NCBI GenBank assembly: GCA_963701075.1
Contig: OY969559.1
Coordinates: 832,001 to 896,000 of the forward strand
From: an uncultured Nitrososphaerota archaeon
GTDB lineage: Archaea; Thermoproteota; Nitrososphaeria; Nitrososphaerales; Nitrosopumilaceae
Direction: 5' to 3'
DNA: 64,000 nt
Position numbers and translations under genes: made by a program. Shown here piece by piece: positions 50,245 through 59,681 of the stretch (positions within the stretch are counted from its first letter, which is position 1; every line of letters begins with the position of its first letter). The notes under the pieces were generated by a model. It saw only the letters and a list, made by a program, of their open reading frames with translations, was not told the DNA's origin and searched no databases.

Positions 50245-51291
50245 GTGAATGTCTTCCAGCAGGATACATTGCTACTCGAAGAGTCAGATATCATTCATCT
50301 AATTAAAAAAACAGGACTAGAAAATTTTCTAAATCAACTGCGAGACGAGCTAGAGTCTGGCTTTAAGGACTTTTTCTTGCAAAAAATACAGGTTCCACCT
50401 AGAGCAGAATTCTTTTTCCCACAGGGTACAATGGAATCAATGCCTGCAAAGGACGAAAATTATTTTGCATGTAAGATAGTAAACACACACCTACAAAACC
50501 CACTAACATACAATCTGCCTACAATAATTGCATGTGGTGTTCTAGTTGAAGGAAAGACCGGATTTCCTTTAATGTTAACTGAATCTACCATTCTTACTGC
50601 GTTAAGAACTGGAACTGCATCTGCCATTGCAACAAAATATCTTGCAAGGAAGGATAGCGGTGTAGTTGGTATTATTGGCAACGGCGCACAATCTATCCCA
50701 CAACTTCATGCAATATCCCTTGTGCGTGATATCAAAAAGGTATATGCATATGATATTGACATTGAGGCAAGCCACTCGTTTAAAAAAACAGTAGAAAAGA
50801 TGTTTGGAATATCAGTTATGCTTGCAGACGAAGAGGTTACCACGAGGGAATCAGATATTGTGGTAACTGTAACATGTAAGGAAAAAAATATGCCACCAGT
50901 AGTATACAACAAGTGGGTCAAAACTGGCACTCACATAAACGCGGTAGGAGGGGATTCTCCAAACAAGGTAGAGCTTGAAAAATCGCTCATAGAAAGGGCA
51001 AAACTTGTAGTTGATTTTAAGGATCAGGCAGTATACGAAGGTGAGGCGCAACAGGTTGGAAAGGACAAGATCTATTCTGATCTGGCTCATGTTATAGCCA
51101 ACCAGATCCAAAGAGATGACAATGATGTTACGATCTTTGATTCTGTTGGGTTTGCAATGGAAGATCTTGTCACATACAAGATGGTCTATGATCTTGCAGT
51201 ACGGGAAAAAATTGGAAAACGAGTCAATATAGCGTCAAGACCTAAATTTATAAAAAACCTGTACGAGTCATATTTTGCAGAAACACAATGA
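50245..51291 (+). CDS. Ornithine cyclodeaminase / alanine dehydrogenase (mu-crystallin) family
   Basis: LTALRTG, IGNGAQS, HINAVGGD and FDSVGFAMED motifs. Confidence 0.9.
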   Translation: MNVFQQDTLLLEESDIIHLIKKTGLENFLNQLRDELESGFKDFFLQKIQVPPRAEFFFPQGTMESMPAKDENYFACKIVNTHLQNPLTYNLPTIIACGVLVEGKTGFPLMLTESTILTALRTGTASAIATKYLARKDSGVVGIIGNGAQSIPQLHAISLVRDIKKVYAYDIDIEASHSFKKTVEKMFGISVMLADEEVTTRESDIVVTVTCKEKNMPPVVYNKWVKTGTHINAVGGDSPNKVELEKSLIERAKLVVDFKDQAVYEGEAQQVGKDKIYSDLAHVIANQIQRDDNDVTIFDSVGFAMEDLVTYKMVYDLAVREKIGKRVNIASRPKFIKNLYESYFAETQ

Positions 51292-52346
51292 CTAACTCAA
51301 ATTTTTCCAAAAAAGATCTTCTCAAAGAAACCATAAATCACATTGACATTACAAAACATGATCCAAGACCATTCGTAGATGAAATGAAGAACATGGCATT
51401 TCAAGCACGAAACCTCAATCGTGCTTGTACAATTTATGACAAGATGCTTGCAGACAAGGATTGTGCAGTGATTCTATGCCTGGCAGGCTCGCTCATTAGC
51501 GCTGGGCTAAAAAAAGTAATTGTTGACATGATATCACATAACATGGTTGACGCCATAGTATCAACTGGTGCCAACATGGTAGACCAGGACTTTTTTGAGG
51601 GGCTTGGCTTCAAACATTACGTAGGAACACAGTTCATCGATGATGCAATTCTTCGTGATTTGCACATTGATAGAATATATGATACATTTATCGATGAAGA
51701 CGAACTGCGCGTATGTGATAATACAGTAACAGAGATTGCAAACTCTCTACAACACAGGCCTTATTCGTCACGTGAATTCATGGTTGAGATGGGCAGGTAC
51801 CTTGATGATAAAGTCCATGCAAAGCCGTCTGATTCCATAGTGCTTTCTGCCTACCAAAAAGATGTACCGATATTTGTTCCAGCATTTTCTGATTGTAGTG
51901 CCGGTTTTGGTCTTGTCCTTCATCAATATCATAACAAACAAAGTTCTGTCTCAATAGATTCTGCAAAGGACTTTCTTGAGCTAACTCAGGTAAAACTTGC
52001 AAACAAGGAGACTGGAATCTTGATGATCGGTGGAGGTGTACCTAAAAACTTTACACAAGACATTGTGGTATCTGCCGAAGTTCTGGGATTTGATGTTCCG
52101 ATGCACAAGTATGCAGTTCAGCTTACAGTAGCTGATGAAAGAGATGGTGCATTGTCAGGTTCTACACTAAAAGAAGCAAGCAGCTGGGGGAAGGTGGATA
52201 CAACCTATGAACAAATGGTATTTGGAGAGGCTACCATTACATTTCCACTCGTTGCAGGATATGCATATCATGCAGCAAACTGGAAACAAAGAACGGAAAA
52301 ACGCTTCAACAGATTATTTGCTCAGACAGTAAAAACAAGAATTTAA
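51288..52346 (+). CDS. Deoxyhypusine-synthase-like protein (bacterial SpeY/homospermidine-synthesis type)
   Basis: DRIYDT, PAFSDCSAG, GGGVPKNF and LKEASSWGKV motifs; ATGA-coupled to the OCD gene. Confidence 0.85.
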   Translation: MTNSNFSKKDLLKETINHIDITKHDPRPFVDEMKNMAFQARNLNRACTIYDKMLADKDCAVILCLAGSLISAGLKKVIVDMISHNMVDAIVSTGANMVDQDFFEGLGFKHYVGTQFIDDAILRDLHIDRIYDTFIDEDELRVCDNTVTEIANSLQHRPYSSREFMVEMGRYLDDKVHAKPSDSIVLSAYQKDVPIFVPAFSDCSAGFGLVLHQYHNKQSSVSIDSAKDFLELTQVKLANKETGILMIGGGVPKNFTQDIVVSAEVLGFDVPMHKYAVQLTVADERDGALSGSTLKEASSWGKVDTTYEQMVFGEATITFPLVAGYAYHAANWKQRTEKRFNRLFAQTVKTRI

Positions 52347-52400
52347 TTCGAATAATTTTTTTGCATTTTTGATTCAAAAGCACTATCTATAATTTTTTTA

Positions 52401-52428
52401 TTGGATAAACTGTCCAACAGTTTAAATA
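52401..52428. promoter_or_regulatory. Palindromic operator overlapping the TATA box of the NiCoT gene
   Basis: TAAACTGT-cca-ACAGTTTA (52406-52424, perfect 8-bp arms); TTGGATA-aac-TGTCCAA (52401-17); TTTAAATA at 52421-28. Confidence 0.5.
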
Positions 52429-52501
52429 ATAATATGGCGAGATTACAGATCGTGAATTTCAACGCTTGCGGTCAAGATAATTTAGAGAATGAAAACAAAG
52501 T

Positions 52502-53296
52502 ATGACATACGAGTGGGCATTTTTAGCAACTGGATTGACGCTGATTGCAATGGGATTGCGTCATGCGCTTGATGTTGATCACATCACAGCAATAGACAAC
52601 CTCATTCGATTCAATAATGCGTCAAAACAAGCAAGATGGGTAGGCACTGGATTTAGTGCAGGCCACATGGTATCCGTTCTTGGAGAAATGATTCTCATTG
52701 TGTTTGTAGCCGCAAGCGTGATCGATAAAGGCGGAACATTTTCCATATCGACTGGGATAATGGGAGCTGTAGCATTAGGGTTTATTGGCATAATCAACTT
52801 CTATGCCATGAGAAAATATGGCAAAACTTCTGCAAGCATACTGGTAGGCAGGATTCTGCCAAGAACTAAAGTTATGGGCACAATGGGTTCATCTTTTGTT
52901 GTAGGCATAATCTTTGGCTTGGGATTTGACACTGCGACGCAACTTTCTGCCATTGCTCTATCTGCCGCTGCCACTGTTATAGGAGGAATAGAAACTGCAC
53001 TTGAGATGATAGCGGTATTTGGAGTTGGCATGGTGGCAATGGATACTTTAGACAGTGTATTGTTCAGGGCCGCATTTATCAAAACATTGGGCACTACAGG
53101 CTATAGATACCTGTCGTACGCATTGAGCGCAACTGCACTGATAATAGCTGGTTCATCAATGTATGAGAGCATAAGCCATTCTAGCGTAGTCCCTGAATAT
53201 ACGGGACCTGTTCTGGCAGTAGGCGTATTGGTCTGTACATTTACCTACGCACGTGCAAAGAGAAAGAACAGACAGCCAGAAAGCGTGAAGAATTAA
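52502..53296 (+). CDS. HoxN/HupN/NixA (NiCoT) nickel/cobalt permease
   Basis: GLRHALDVDHITAID signature; FSAGH; FGLGFDTAT. Confidence 0.9.
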   Translation: MTYEWAFLATGLTLIAMGLRHALDVDHITAIDNLIRFNNASKQARWVGTGFSAGHMVSVLGEMILIVFVAASVIDKGGTFSISTGIMGAVALGFIGIINFYAMRKYGKTSASILVGRILPRTKVMGTMGSSFVVGIIFGLGFDTATQLSAIALSAAATVIGGIETALEMIAVFGVGMVAMDTLDSVLFRAAFIKTLGTTGYRYLSYALSATALIIAGSSMYESISHSSVVPEYTGPVLAVGVLVCTFTYARAKRKNRQPESVKN

Positions 53297-53318
53297 TATT
53301 AAATAAAAACCACTTATC

Positions 53319-53972
53319 ATGGAACTACACATGCATAATGTTGTCAAGCTACTTGAAAAAGTGGCACAACGATACTACCCAAGCAGAGTGTTGTCATTTG
53401 AGCCTGCACATATCTTCAAGGTACTTCAGGTAATACACGTGAATATACGAGCAAGTAGAGCCATTTTAATTGAAGAAGTAGGTCTTGGAGAGGGCTCAAT
53501 CAAGACGCTTGTGAAACATCTGAAGATGAATGAACTCATTACTACATCAAAAGCTGGCATGACATTGACAAACAAAGGCAGGGCCTTGTTTTCAAAACTA
53601 AATGAAGCCATGCCTGCAGAAAATGATATCAAAGAATGCTCAATCACCATGGGAAAGTTCAATCACGCAATACTTGTCAAGGGACTGGCAAAAGATGTGG
53701 GAAGCGGTATTGAACAGAGAGATGCTGCAATAAAGATAGGTGCACTTGGGGCAACCACGCTTGTATTTCGAGACGACAAACTCTTCACGTCTGACAAAAG
53801 TTATGACATGCCAATTAAAGATCAAAAACTAACTTTTGCACTAGTTGAAAAGCTGCAGCCTGAAAATGGAGACGTTGTAATAATAGCAAGTGCGGAGAAT
53901 AAAAAAATTGCCGACCTGGCTGCAAAAAGGGCAGCCCTAGAAACCATATCAAATCATGAAAAACACTCCTGA
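53319..53972 (+). CDS. Winged-helix regulator (DUF4443/DUF2111-like)
   Basis: LGEGSIKTLVKHL HTH; SGIEQRDAAIKIGALGATT. Confidence 0.78.
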   Translation: MELHMHNVVKLLEKVAQRYYPSRVLSFEPAHIFKVLQVIHVNIRASRAILIEEVGLGEGSIKTLVKHLKMNELITTSKAGMTLTNKGRALFSKLNEAMPAENDIKECSITMGKFNHAILVKGLAKDVGSGIEQRDAAIKIGALGATTLVFRDDKLFTSDKSYDMPIKDQKLTFALVEKLQPENGDVVIIASAENKKIADLAAKRAALETISNHEKHS

Positions 53973-54015
53973 TGGCCGTAAAAAGCATTTAAAACAGTTT
54001 GACGGATAACAGATA

Positions 54016-54696
54016 TTGAATAACTACCAATGCTATCAGGTTTTAGGGGTAAAAGACGGTTCTTCAATGAAAGAGGTAAAGGCAGCATATCGAAAATTGG
54101 TACTAAAGCATCATCCAGACAAGAACAGTACGGATCAGAATGGGATGAAATTCAAGATTATATCAGAAGCCTACCAGACCCTTCGAACTGATTACAAGAA
54201 AAACATCGGTACAAATTCAAATCACGAAAAACATGAAGACAAAAATTCAAACAAGAAACATGATTTTGGCTCAAAAAGACGCTCATGGGGTGCAAAAGAC
54301 TCGGACAAGACTCCGCAAGAAGACTGGACTAGGTATACCAAATATGCAGAAAATGCCTATCAAGACTTTTGGAAACAATACGAAGATACATTCTGGGATT
54401 ATTATGAAAGGGTAAAGGCAGAGGTAAAGACAGATACTGAACCTATCCAAGTAGAACAAGAAGTACCAATTTCAGTAAGAGTGGACCCAGAAAGATGCAT
54501 AGCTTGTTGTAGCTGTGAGACCATAGCCCCCAAAGTATTTCATGTGGAAAAAAACGTGCATGTCAATCCAAAATCCAAAGTCATAAACGAGGAGGGTGCA
54601 AAATCAGAGAAAATTCTTGACGCAGCTCACACATGTCCTACAAAAGCAATCAGCGTAACTCACAAAGAAACACAACAAAGACTATACCCTTACTAG
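54016..54696 (+). CDS. DnaJ-ferredoxin fusion
   Basis: J domain HHPDKN; CIACCSC...CP ferredoxin. Confidence 0.92.
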   Translation: MNNYQCYQVLGVKDGSSMKEVKAAYRKLVLKHHPDKNSTDQNGMKFKIISEAYQTLRTDYKKNIGTNSNHEKHEDKNSNKKHDFGSKRRSWGAKDSDKTPQEDWTRYTKYAENAYQDFWKQYEDTFWDYYERVKAEVKTDTEPIQVEQEVPISVRVDPERCIACCSCETIAPKVFHVEKNVHVNPKSKVINEEGAKSEKILDAAHTCPTKAISVTHKETQQRLYPY

Positions 54697-54821
54697 AAAA
54701 ATAAGGCCACACGTTTGTCCCTCCTAGGGCTAGTCTTTAGAAGTGTTATGAGGCTAAACAGGATGGCAGAACACATATTTTTCTGATTAGGAATAATACA
54801 TGCCACATTTACGATAATCTA

Positions 54822-55985
54822 GTGGACAAGAAAAAACTAGCCGCAGTTATCGAGAATACCAAGGGAATTCTGAAAGAACATCCTCTATGTGATCACTGTC
54901 TTGGTAGGATGTTTGCAGAAAAGCTGGGGGTAGTATCACACAAAAGACTTGGAAATAAGATTAGAAACACGATAAAGCAGCGTCCAACAAAAACGTGCTA
55001 CATTTGCAAAAACATGATGTCAAATCTTGATCTCCATCTGAAAAAAATGCTTGATATGACAAAAGAGTATCAGTTTTCTACGTTTCTAATTGGTGCAATA
55101 TTGCAACCATCAATTCATGACCGAGATGACTCAATTCGTTCCAAGTTTAAGCTTCGTGGAATACCGAGCATCAAAAACGACGTAACCAGAGAGATGGGAA
55201 AATCGTTTTCACGAAAGACAAGATCCAAGGTAGACTATCAGAATCCAGATGTGGTGTTTACAATTGATTTCAAAAAGGAATACTATGAGATAAAGCCAAA
55301 AGCTGTATTGCTACAAGCAAGATATACAAAAAATATCAGGGGTTTACAGCAAAAACAAAAACCATGTGACCAGTGTGAAGGAAAAGGATGTTTTGTCTGC
55401 GACTTTCACGGAATTCGAGAATTTAACAGCGTTGAAGGAAAGATAGCAAAGTTTCTGATTGACAAGTTTGGTGCACAACAGGCAAAGATTACCTGGATTG
55501 GAAGCGAGGATGAATCAAGCCTTGTAATGGGCAACGGAAGGCCGTTTTTTGTAAAACTGCTAAACCCACACAAGAGGGATGTCTCTCTTCCAAAAAAGCT
55601 TGACTTGGATGGAGTTTCAATTCATAGGGTACATGCCATATCGAAAATCCCCTCAGATCCTGTAAGGTTTAGGACAGAGGTTGTTATGGAGATAGAAGCA
55701 GAAAATGAGATTGCATCTAATGCACTGGAAGAACTGGGAAGACTAGAGGGACAACCTGTAGTTTTGTATGAAAATTCGGGCCGTAAGCACAAGAAAATTA
55801 TCTACGACATCAAATTCAAAAAAGAATCTGAAAAGTCATTTAGGATTATGATGGAATCTGACGGCGGAATACCGCTGAAAAGATTTGTTGCAGGACAAGA
55901 GGTAGAGCCAAGCATATCTAGTATACTTGAAACAAATTGCAAATGCAAGTTGTTTGATTTTCACAAAATAATTATTACTAAATGA
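54822..55985 (+). CDS. pus10: tRNA pseudouridine(54/55) synthase Pus10 family
   Basis: LCDHCLGR, CYIC, THUMP-like region, GNGRPF, DGGIPLKRFV...PS. Confidence 0.85.
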   Translation: MDKKKLAAVIENTKGILKEHPLCDHCLGRMFAEKLGVVSHKRLGNKIRNTIKQRPTKTCYICKNMMSNLDLHLKKMLDMTKEYQFSTFLIGAILQPSIHDRDDSIRSKFKLRGIPSIKNDVTREMGKSFSRKTRSKVDYQNPDVVFTIDFKKEYYEIKPKAVLLQARYTKNIRGLQQKQKPCDQCEGKGCFVCDFHGIREFNSVEGKIAKFLIDKFGAQQAKITWIGSEDESSLVMGNGRPFFVKLLNPHKRDVSLPKKLDLDGVSIHRVHAISKIPSDPVRFRTEVVMEIEAENEIASNALEELGRLEGQPVVLYENSGRKHKKIIYDIKFKKESEKSFRIMMESDGGIPLKRFVAGQEVEPSISSILETNCKCKLFDFHKIIITK

Positions 55986-56140
55986 ATGTTTGACCAACTA
56001 GAAGTCTGGAATAGTTGGAATGAACGTGTTTATCTAGTCCACATCTTATGGCGTTTTGCTCGTTGTATTGCTGTCAATGCTTCTAACATCCATAAATCAA
56101 AAAAACAACATTAAAGTAAATCTTACAAAAACCAACAATA

Positions 56141-56530
56141 TTGAATTCTGTTACAGAAACTTGTGTTGTATCGGTGCCAAAAGACAAAGTTTTCACATTC
56201 CTGTCTAATCTTGAAAACCTACCAAAGTGGAGTACACAGTTTGTAAAAGAAATATCTGTTGTTGATGGCAAGTACAAAGCAGTAACACCAATAGGAGAAG
56301 TCTTCATACGGTTTGAAACCGATCCCAAGGCAGGTCTCATTGACATCTATGCCGGACCAACTGAACAACATATGACACCAGCGTATATGAGGATCATCCC
56401 TTTTTCAGAGAATTCCACTGGAATAATGTTCACATTTTTCCAGTGGACTGATACCGACAACATGACTTGGCAAATCTTTTGTAAATGGATAAAAATTGAA
56501 GTTGAAAATATCAAAAAACATTTTTCCTAG
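56141..56530 (+). CDS. SRPBCC/polyketide-cyclase-like protein
   Basis: VPKDKVFTFLSNLENLPKWS. Confidence 0.75.
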   Translation: MNSVTETCVVSVPKDKVFTFLSNLENLPKWSTQFVKEISVVDGKYKAVTPIGEVFIRFETDPKAGLIDIYAGPTEQHMTPAYMRIIPFSENSTGIMFTFFQWTDTDNMTWQIFCKWIKIEVENIKKHFS

Positions 56531-56603
56531 ATGCTTTAGACTTGAAGACGGTCATCATACATAAATAAATGTCTGATACAAGTCCGGTACGAGGTAATAT
56601 TTG

Positions 56604-57069
56604 ATGGTGATGTATTGTCCAGATTGTAAAAAGCCATTGATCGAATTTGATCTAGGCTCAGGAAACTATCACTGCTCCAATCCTCAGCTGCCTCTTTCAA
56701 TATTTAGAATTAATGACAGGAAAACAGCACCGAAAAAATGTCGAAACTGAGGAAATAGAAAACCGACCTCAAGTCAGTAACCTAGATAAAAAACCAAAGC
56801 GGATTCTCGTTGGACTGGCAATAGAAAATACATTGCTTAGCATGGGTCCTTCCATATTTGATAAAGTAACCGCCAGGTTGCGAGAAGTTTACAATGCTAA
56901 TGTCTTTGATTGTCTTGATAATCCACAATACCTAAAAAAAATCCTAGAGGAGAATTTCGACAACAGTATTAGCACTGTGATGACAAAGTCACTTAAAACC
57001 GTCCTGGGAGAATTTGCCTATTATGATTCCATACGAGAATTTTTGGATAAATTAAGTGACAAGAATTAG
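56604..57069 (+). CDS. Zn-ribbon plus Nitrosopumilus output-domain (NitrOD5-like) protein, split by extra base at 56685
   Basis: MVMYCPDC...YHCSNP joins SCLFQYLELMTGK (ORF 56713) if one base is removed; C-terminal DCLDNPQYLKKIL motif. Confidence 0.68.
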
Positions 57070-57160
57070 TATCCGAAATTGGAAAACAAGATCATAAATT
57101 ATCATTTGTATGGTACGGGACAAATTATTTTATACTGATTCTTTCTGATTCAACCAAGAA

Positions 57161-57424
57161 ATGATAATTGGAGATGAATTCGTTGACCGTGCAAACTCTT
57201 CGCTAGTACGCAACAGTAGACTCGTTCTTAAATCAAGAGATGGTGTCTCTGTTACCGATTTGATGCCAACTCTCTATGATATGGCAAAAATAATGATGAA
57301 AATACAATGCAACCTTGACAGAACAAGCGCAGATGACAAGTTGCTTGAGGATCTCTCCAAAATAGAGTCTGCAATAATGAAAATGACTCTTGACATTGAA
57401 TACTTGAGAAGAAAAGGTCATTGA
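57161..57424 (+). CDS. Hypothetical protein
   Basis: 87-aa helical ORF. Confidence 0.55.
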   Translation: MIIGDEFVDRANSSLVRNSRLVLKSRDGVSVTDLMPTLYDMAKIMMKIQCNLDRTSADDKLLEDLSKIESAIMKMTLDIEYLRRKGH

Positions 57425-57530
57425 TCTGCACTAATTTTTGCTCTTGTTTCCACCCAATAGCCAACTTTGTAACAAATTTCTATAAAATTTCTACCAATAA
57501 TTTATCAAAAACCCATGTATCATTATCTTA

Positions 57531-57683
57531 TTGCCTCGCAAAGAATACAAGACAATTACTGTAAAAGAAGCAACGTTTGTAAGGTTTCTTAAGGTAATCC
57601 ATGATGCAAAAAAAGCAAATCCTGAACTTGATAATAGCATCTTTGTTGACAAGCTTTTGGATTCATACAAAAAGAAAGGATGA
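57531..57683 (+). CDS. 50-aa RHH-like microprotein
   Basis: TTG start; MPRKEYKTITVKEATFVRFLKVIHDAKKANPELDNSIFVDKLLDSYKKKG*. Confidence 0.6.
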   Translation: MPRKEYKTITVKEATFVRFLKVIHDAKKANPELDNSIFVDKLLDSYKKKG

Positions 57684-57795
57684 GTAAAGATACTGTTTTT
57701 CTACCCTTTAATGGATTTTTCTAGGCTCAATTATCGAATGATCTGAATGGAATGGATATCAAGGTTTTATTATAGTCGGATTCAAGCTTTTTTGA

Positions 57796-58500
57796 TTGGA
57801 TCCGCTGTTAAAAGTACATGAAGCTCACAAAGATGGCGTTCTATCAGACAAAATTCACTCACTAATAGTCAAGAGATTTGAGATTGTACTTGAGGGTGTA
57901 AGCAGGGTAGAGAAAGCATCTGGAATTAATTTTCCATTGGCATACGTAGAACCCTCGATTGTAATCTCGCAGCCTACTGGTTCATTTGACTATGGAATCT
58001 TGTTTGCAAGAACGCTTCCTGTAATTGCAAACGGGAAGGTTGAGATCATTATTCAAATCACTGCCCCGCTTGTTGCCTATGGACTAAAAGGTACAATACA
58101 TGCCATACTTGCCCATGAGTTTCTGCATTATCTTGAATTAATTAAAAGAATGTCCAAGATGGAGATGGTCTCAGATGAGCTCTCGGGCAATCTCTTTGAG
58201 AGTATGTATGCTGATACTACTAGATTGTTCGAACCTCGTTCGGTATTTGATGACAAGACTCTCTTGTTACACATAACGAAGAAATTTCCAGAGGGGTTTA
58301 GGGATTACAAACTAGAAGATAAGGTATTAAAAAATTGGATTCAAAAGAAATTACCTACAATAAACGTTGCACTTGATAGAAACATAGTCAAGATTCCTGC
58401 CGATGTGCTTGCAAAGACCAAAGTTGATCCATCTCTGGTTCAAAAATTAGAGCAAATAGAACAAAAATCTTTAAAACTGAGAAAGAAGAAACTCTATTGA
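57796..58500 (+). CDS. Conserved hypothetical protein with HExxH motif
   Basis: AILAHEFLHY. Confidence 0.75.
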   Translation: MDPLLKVHEAHKDGVLSDKIHSLIVKRFEIVLEGVSRVEKASGINFPLAYVEPSIVISQPTGSFDYGILFARTLPVIANGKVEIIIQITAPLVAYGLKGTIHAILAHEFLHYLELIKRMSKMEMVSDELSGNLFESMYADTTRLFEPRSVFDDKTLLLHITKKFPEGFRDYKLEDKVLKNWIQKKLPTINVALDRNIVKIPADVLAKTKVDPSLVQKLEQIEQKSLKLRKKKLY

Positions 58501-58674
58501 TTATTTGGTGAACTCTGTATAGCCGCATTTGCCACAGGTTCGTCTGTCCTTGTGATCTGACATGAAAACCCCCTTGCCACATCTTGAACATTCTTTTTTT
58601 GTCTTCTCCGCTTTGTCGTCTTTTACCTTGTAGTACTTGTAAACAGAGGGGCTTGAGCCTTTCTTGCCTGCCAT
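58501..58674 (-). CDS. rps27ae: 30S ribosomal protein S27ae
   Basis: MAGKKGSSPSVYKYYKV...CSRCGKGVFMSDHKDRRTCGKCGYTEFTK*; missed by the ORF track. Confidence 0.95.
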   Translation of the reverse strand: MAGKKGSSPSVYKYYKVKDDKAEKTKKECSRCGKGVFMSDHKDRRTCGKCGYTEFTK

Positions 58675-59036
58675 TACTTTTTCTCTTCCTTCTTCTCTTC
58701 AGCAGGCTTGGCCTCTGCTGCTTGTGCAGGTTCTGCTTCTTTTGCAGGTGCTGCCTTGGCTTTTTCTAACCTTTTGAATATCGCTGCTTTGAGATGTTCC
58801 TTTGCCAACTTTTCGTCTTCATAGACATAAAATGTTCCTGAAAGTGTTGGCCTGCCAGTCTCATTTTTGAGATTTATCGGAATCACAATCTTGCCTTCAA
58901 GATTGAATTGTTTTGATATCATATCAACAGCTTCTAATCTCTTGAGTCTGCCTGCAAGTCCTTTGAACGTACACGTAATCTCTCTTCTTGAAAGTAGAGG
59001 GTTCTTTACATCGCGTGTAACTTCAATCATGGACAT
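58674..59036 (-). CDS. rps24e: 30S ribosomal protein S24e
   Basis: NPLLSRREI; immediately upstream of rps27ae. Confidence 0.9.
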   Translation of the reverse strand: MSMIEVTRDVKNPLLSRREITCTFKGLAGRLKRLEAVDMISKQFNLEGKIVIPINLKNETGRPTLSGTFYVYEDEKLAKEHLKAAIFKRLEKAKAAPAKEAEPAQAAEAKPAEEKKEEKK

Positions 59037-59120
59037 GTATTGTGAGTCCTTTTAATAGTTCATATAAATCTTAACGAGTAAATAGTGAACAATTTTAAGA
59101 AATTAGAACATCGGTACAAC

Positions 59121-59681
59121 ATGGATCGTTTCATGATTCATCTCAAGAATACAGGTTATCTGCCACATGATGCACCAGTGCTATTGAAAAAAGCAGATCA
59201 GCTGACTTCGGAATTGGATGCTATCATTAGAGATACACGAGTTTCAAAAAGATACTTGGAATTTGATGTATCCATTGCAAAAGAACATCTTGATCTGTTA
59301 GTTGAAAAGTTAGGATCAATTGGAGACCTTGATCATGCTAGACATCTTGTCGAGGAAGAAATAGAAAAAGACGAAGCGGTAGAAAGCGGAAAATTTTATT
59401 TCAATAGTGAAAGATTTTGGGAGTGTCACGAGGTTCTTGAAGGAGTCTGGAAAAAAACATATGAAGGTGAAAAAGACCTTGTACAAGGAATAATTCTTGC
59501 CGCTGCCGCATTTGTCCATTATCAAAAGTATGAAAATGAGATTTGTCTTTCTATCATGAATCGTGCAATGCAAAAACTTGCTAGTTCCACAGGAAAGTAC
59601 CACGACGTAGATGTCGATGAATTCAAGAAAAAAATCTCTGATATGATAAAAACTGGAAAGATTGATACTTTTGCTATCTGA
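59121..59681 (+). CDS. DUF309 domain protein
   Basis: FWECHEVLEGVW...QGII..AAAFVH. Confidence 0.85.
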   Translation: MDRFMIHLKNTGYLPHDAPVLLKKADQLTSELDAIIRDTRVSKRYLEFDVSIAKEHLDLLVEKLGSIGDLDHARHLVEEEIEKDEAVESGKFYFNSERFWECHEVLEGVWKKTYEGEKDLVQGIILAAAAFVHYQKYENEICLSIMNRAMQKLASSTGKYHDVDVDEFKKKISDMIKTGKIDTFAI

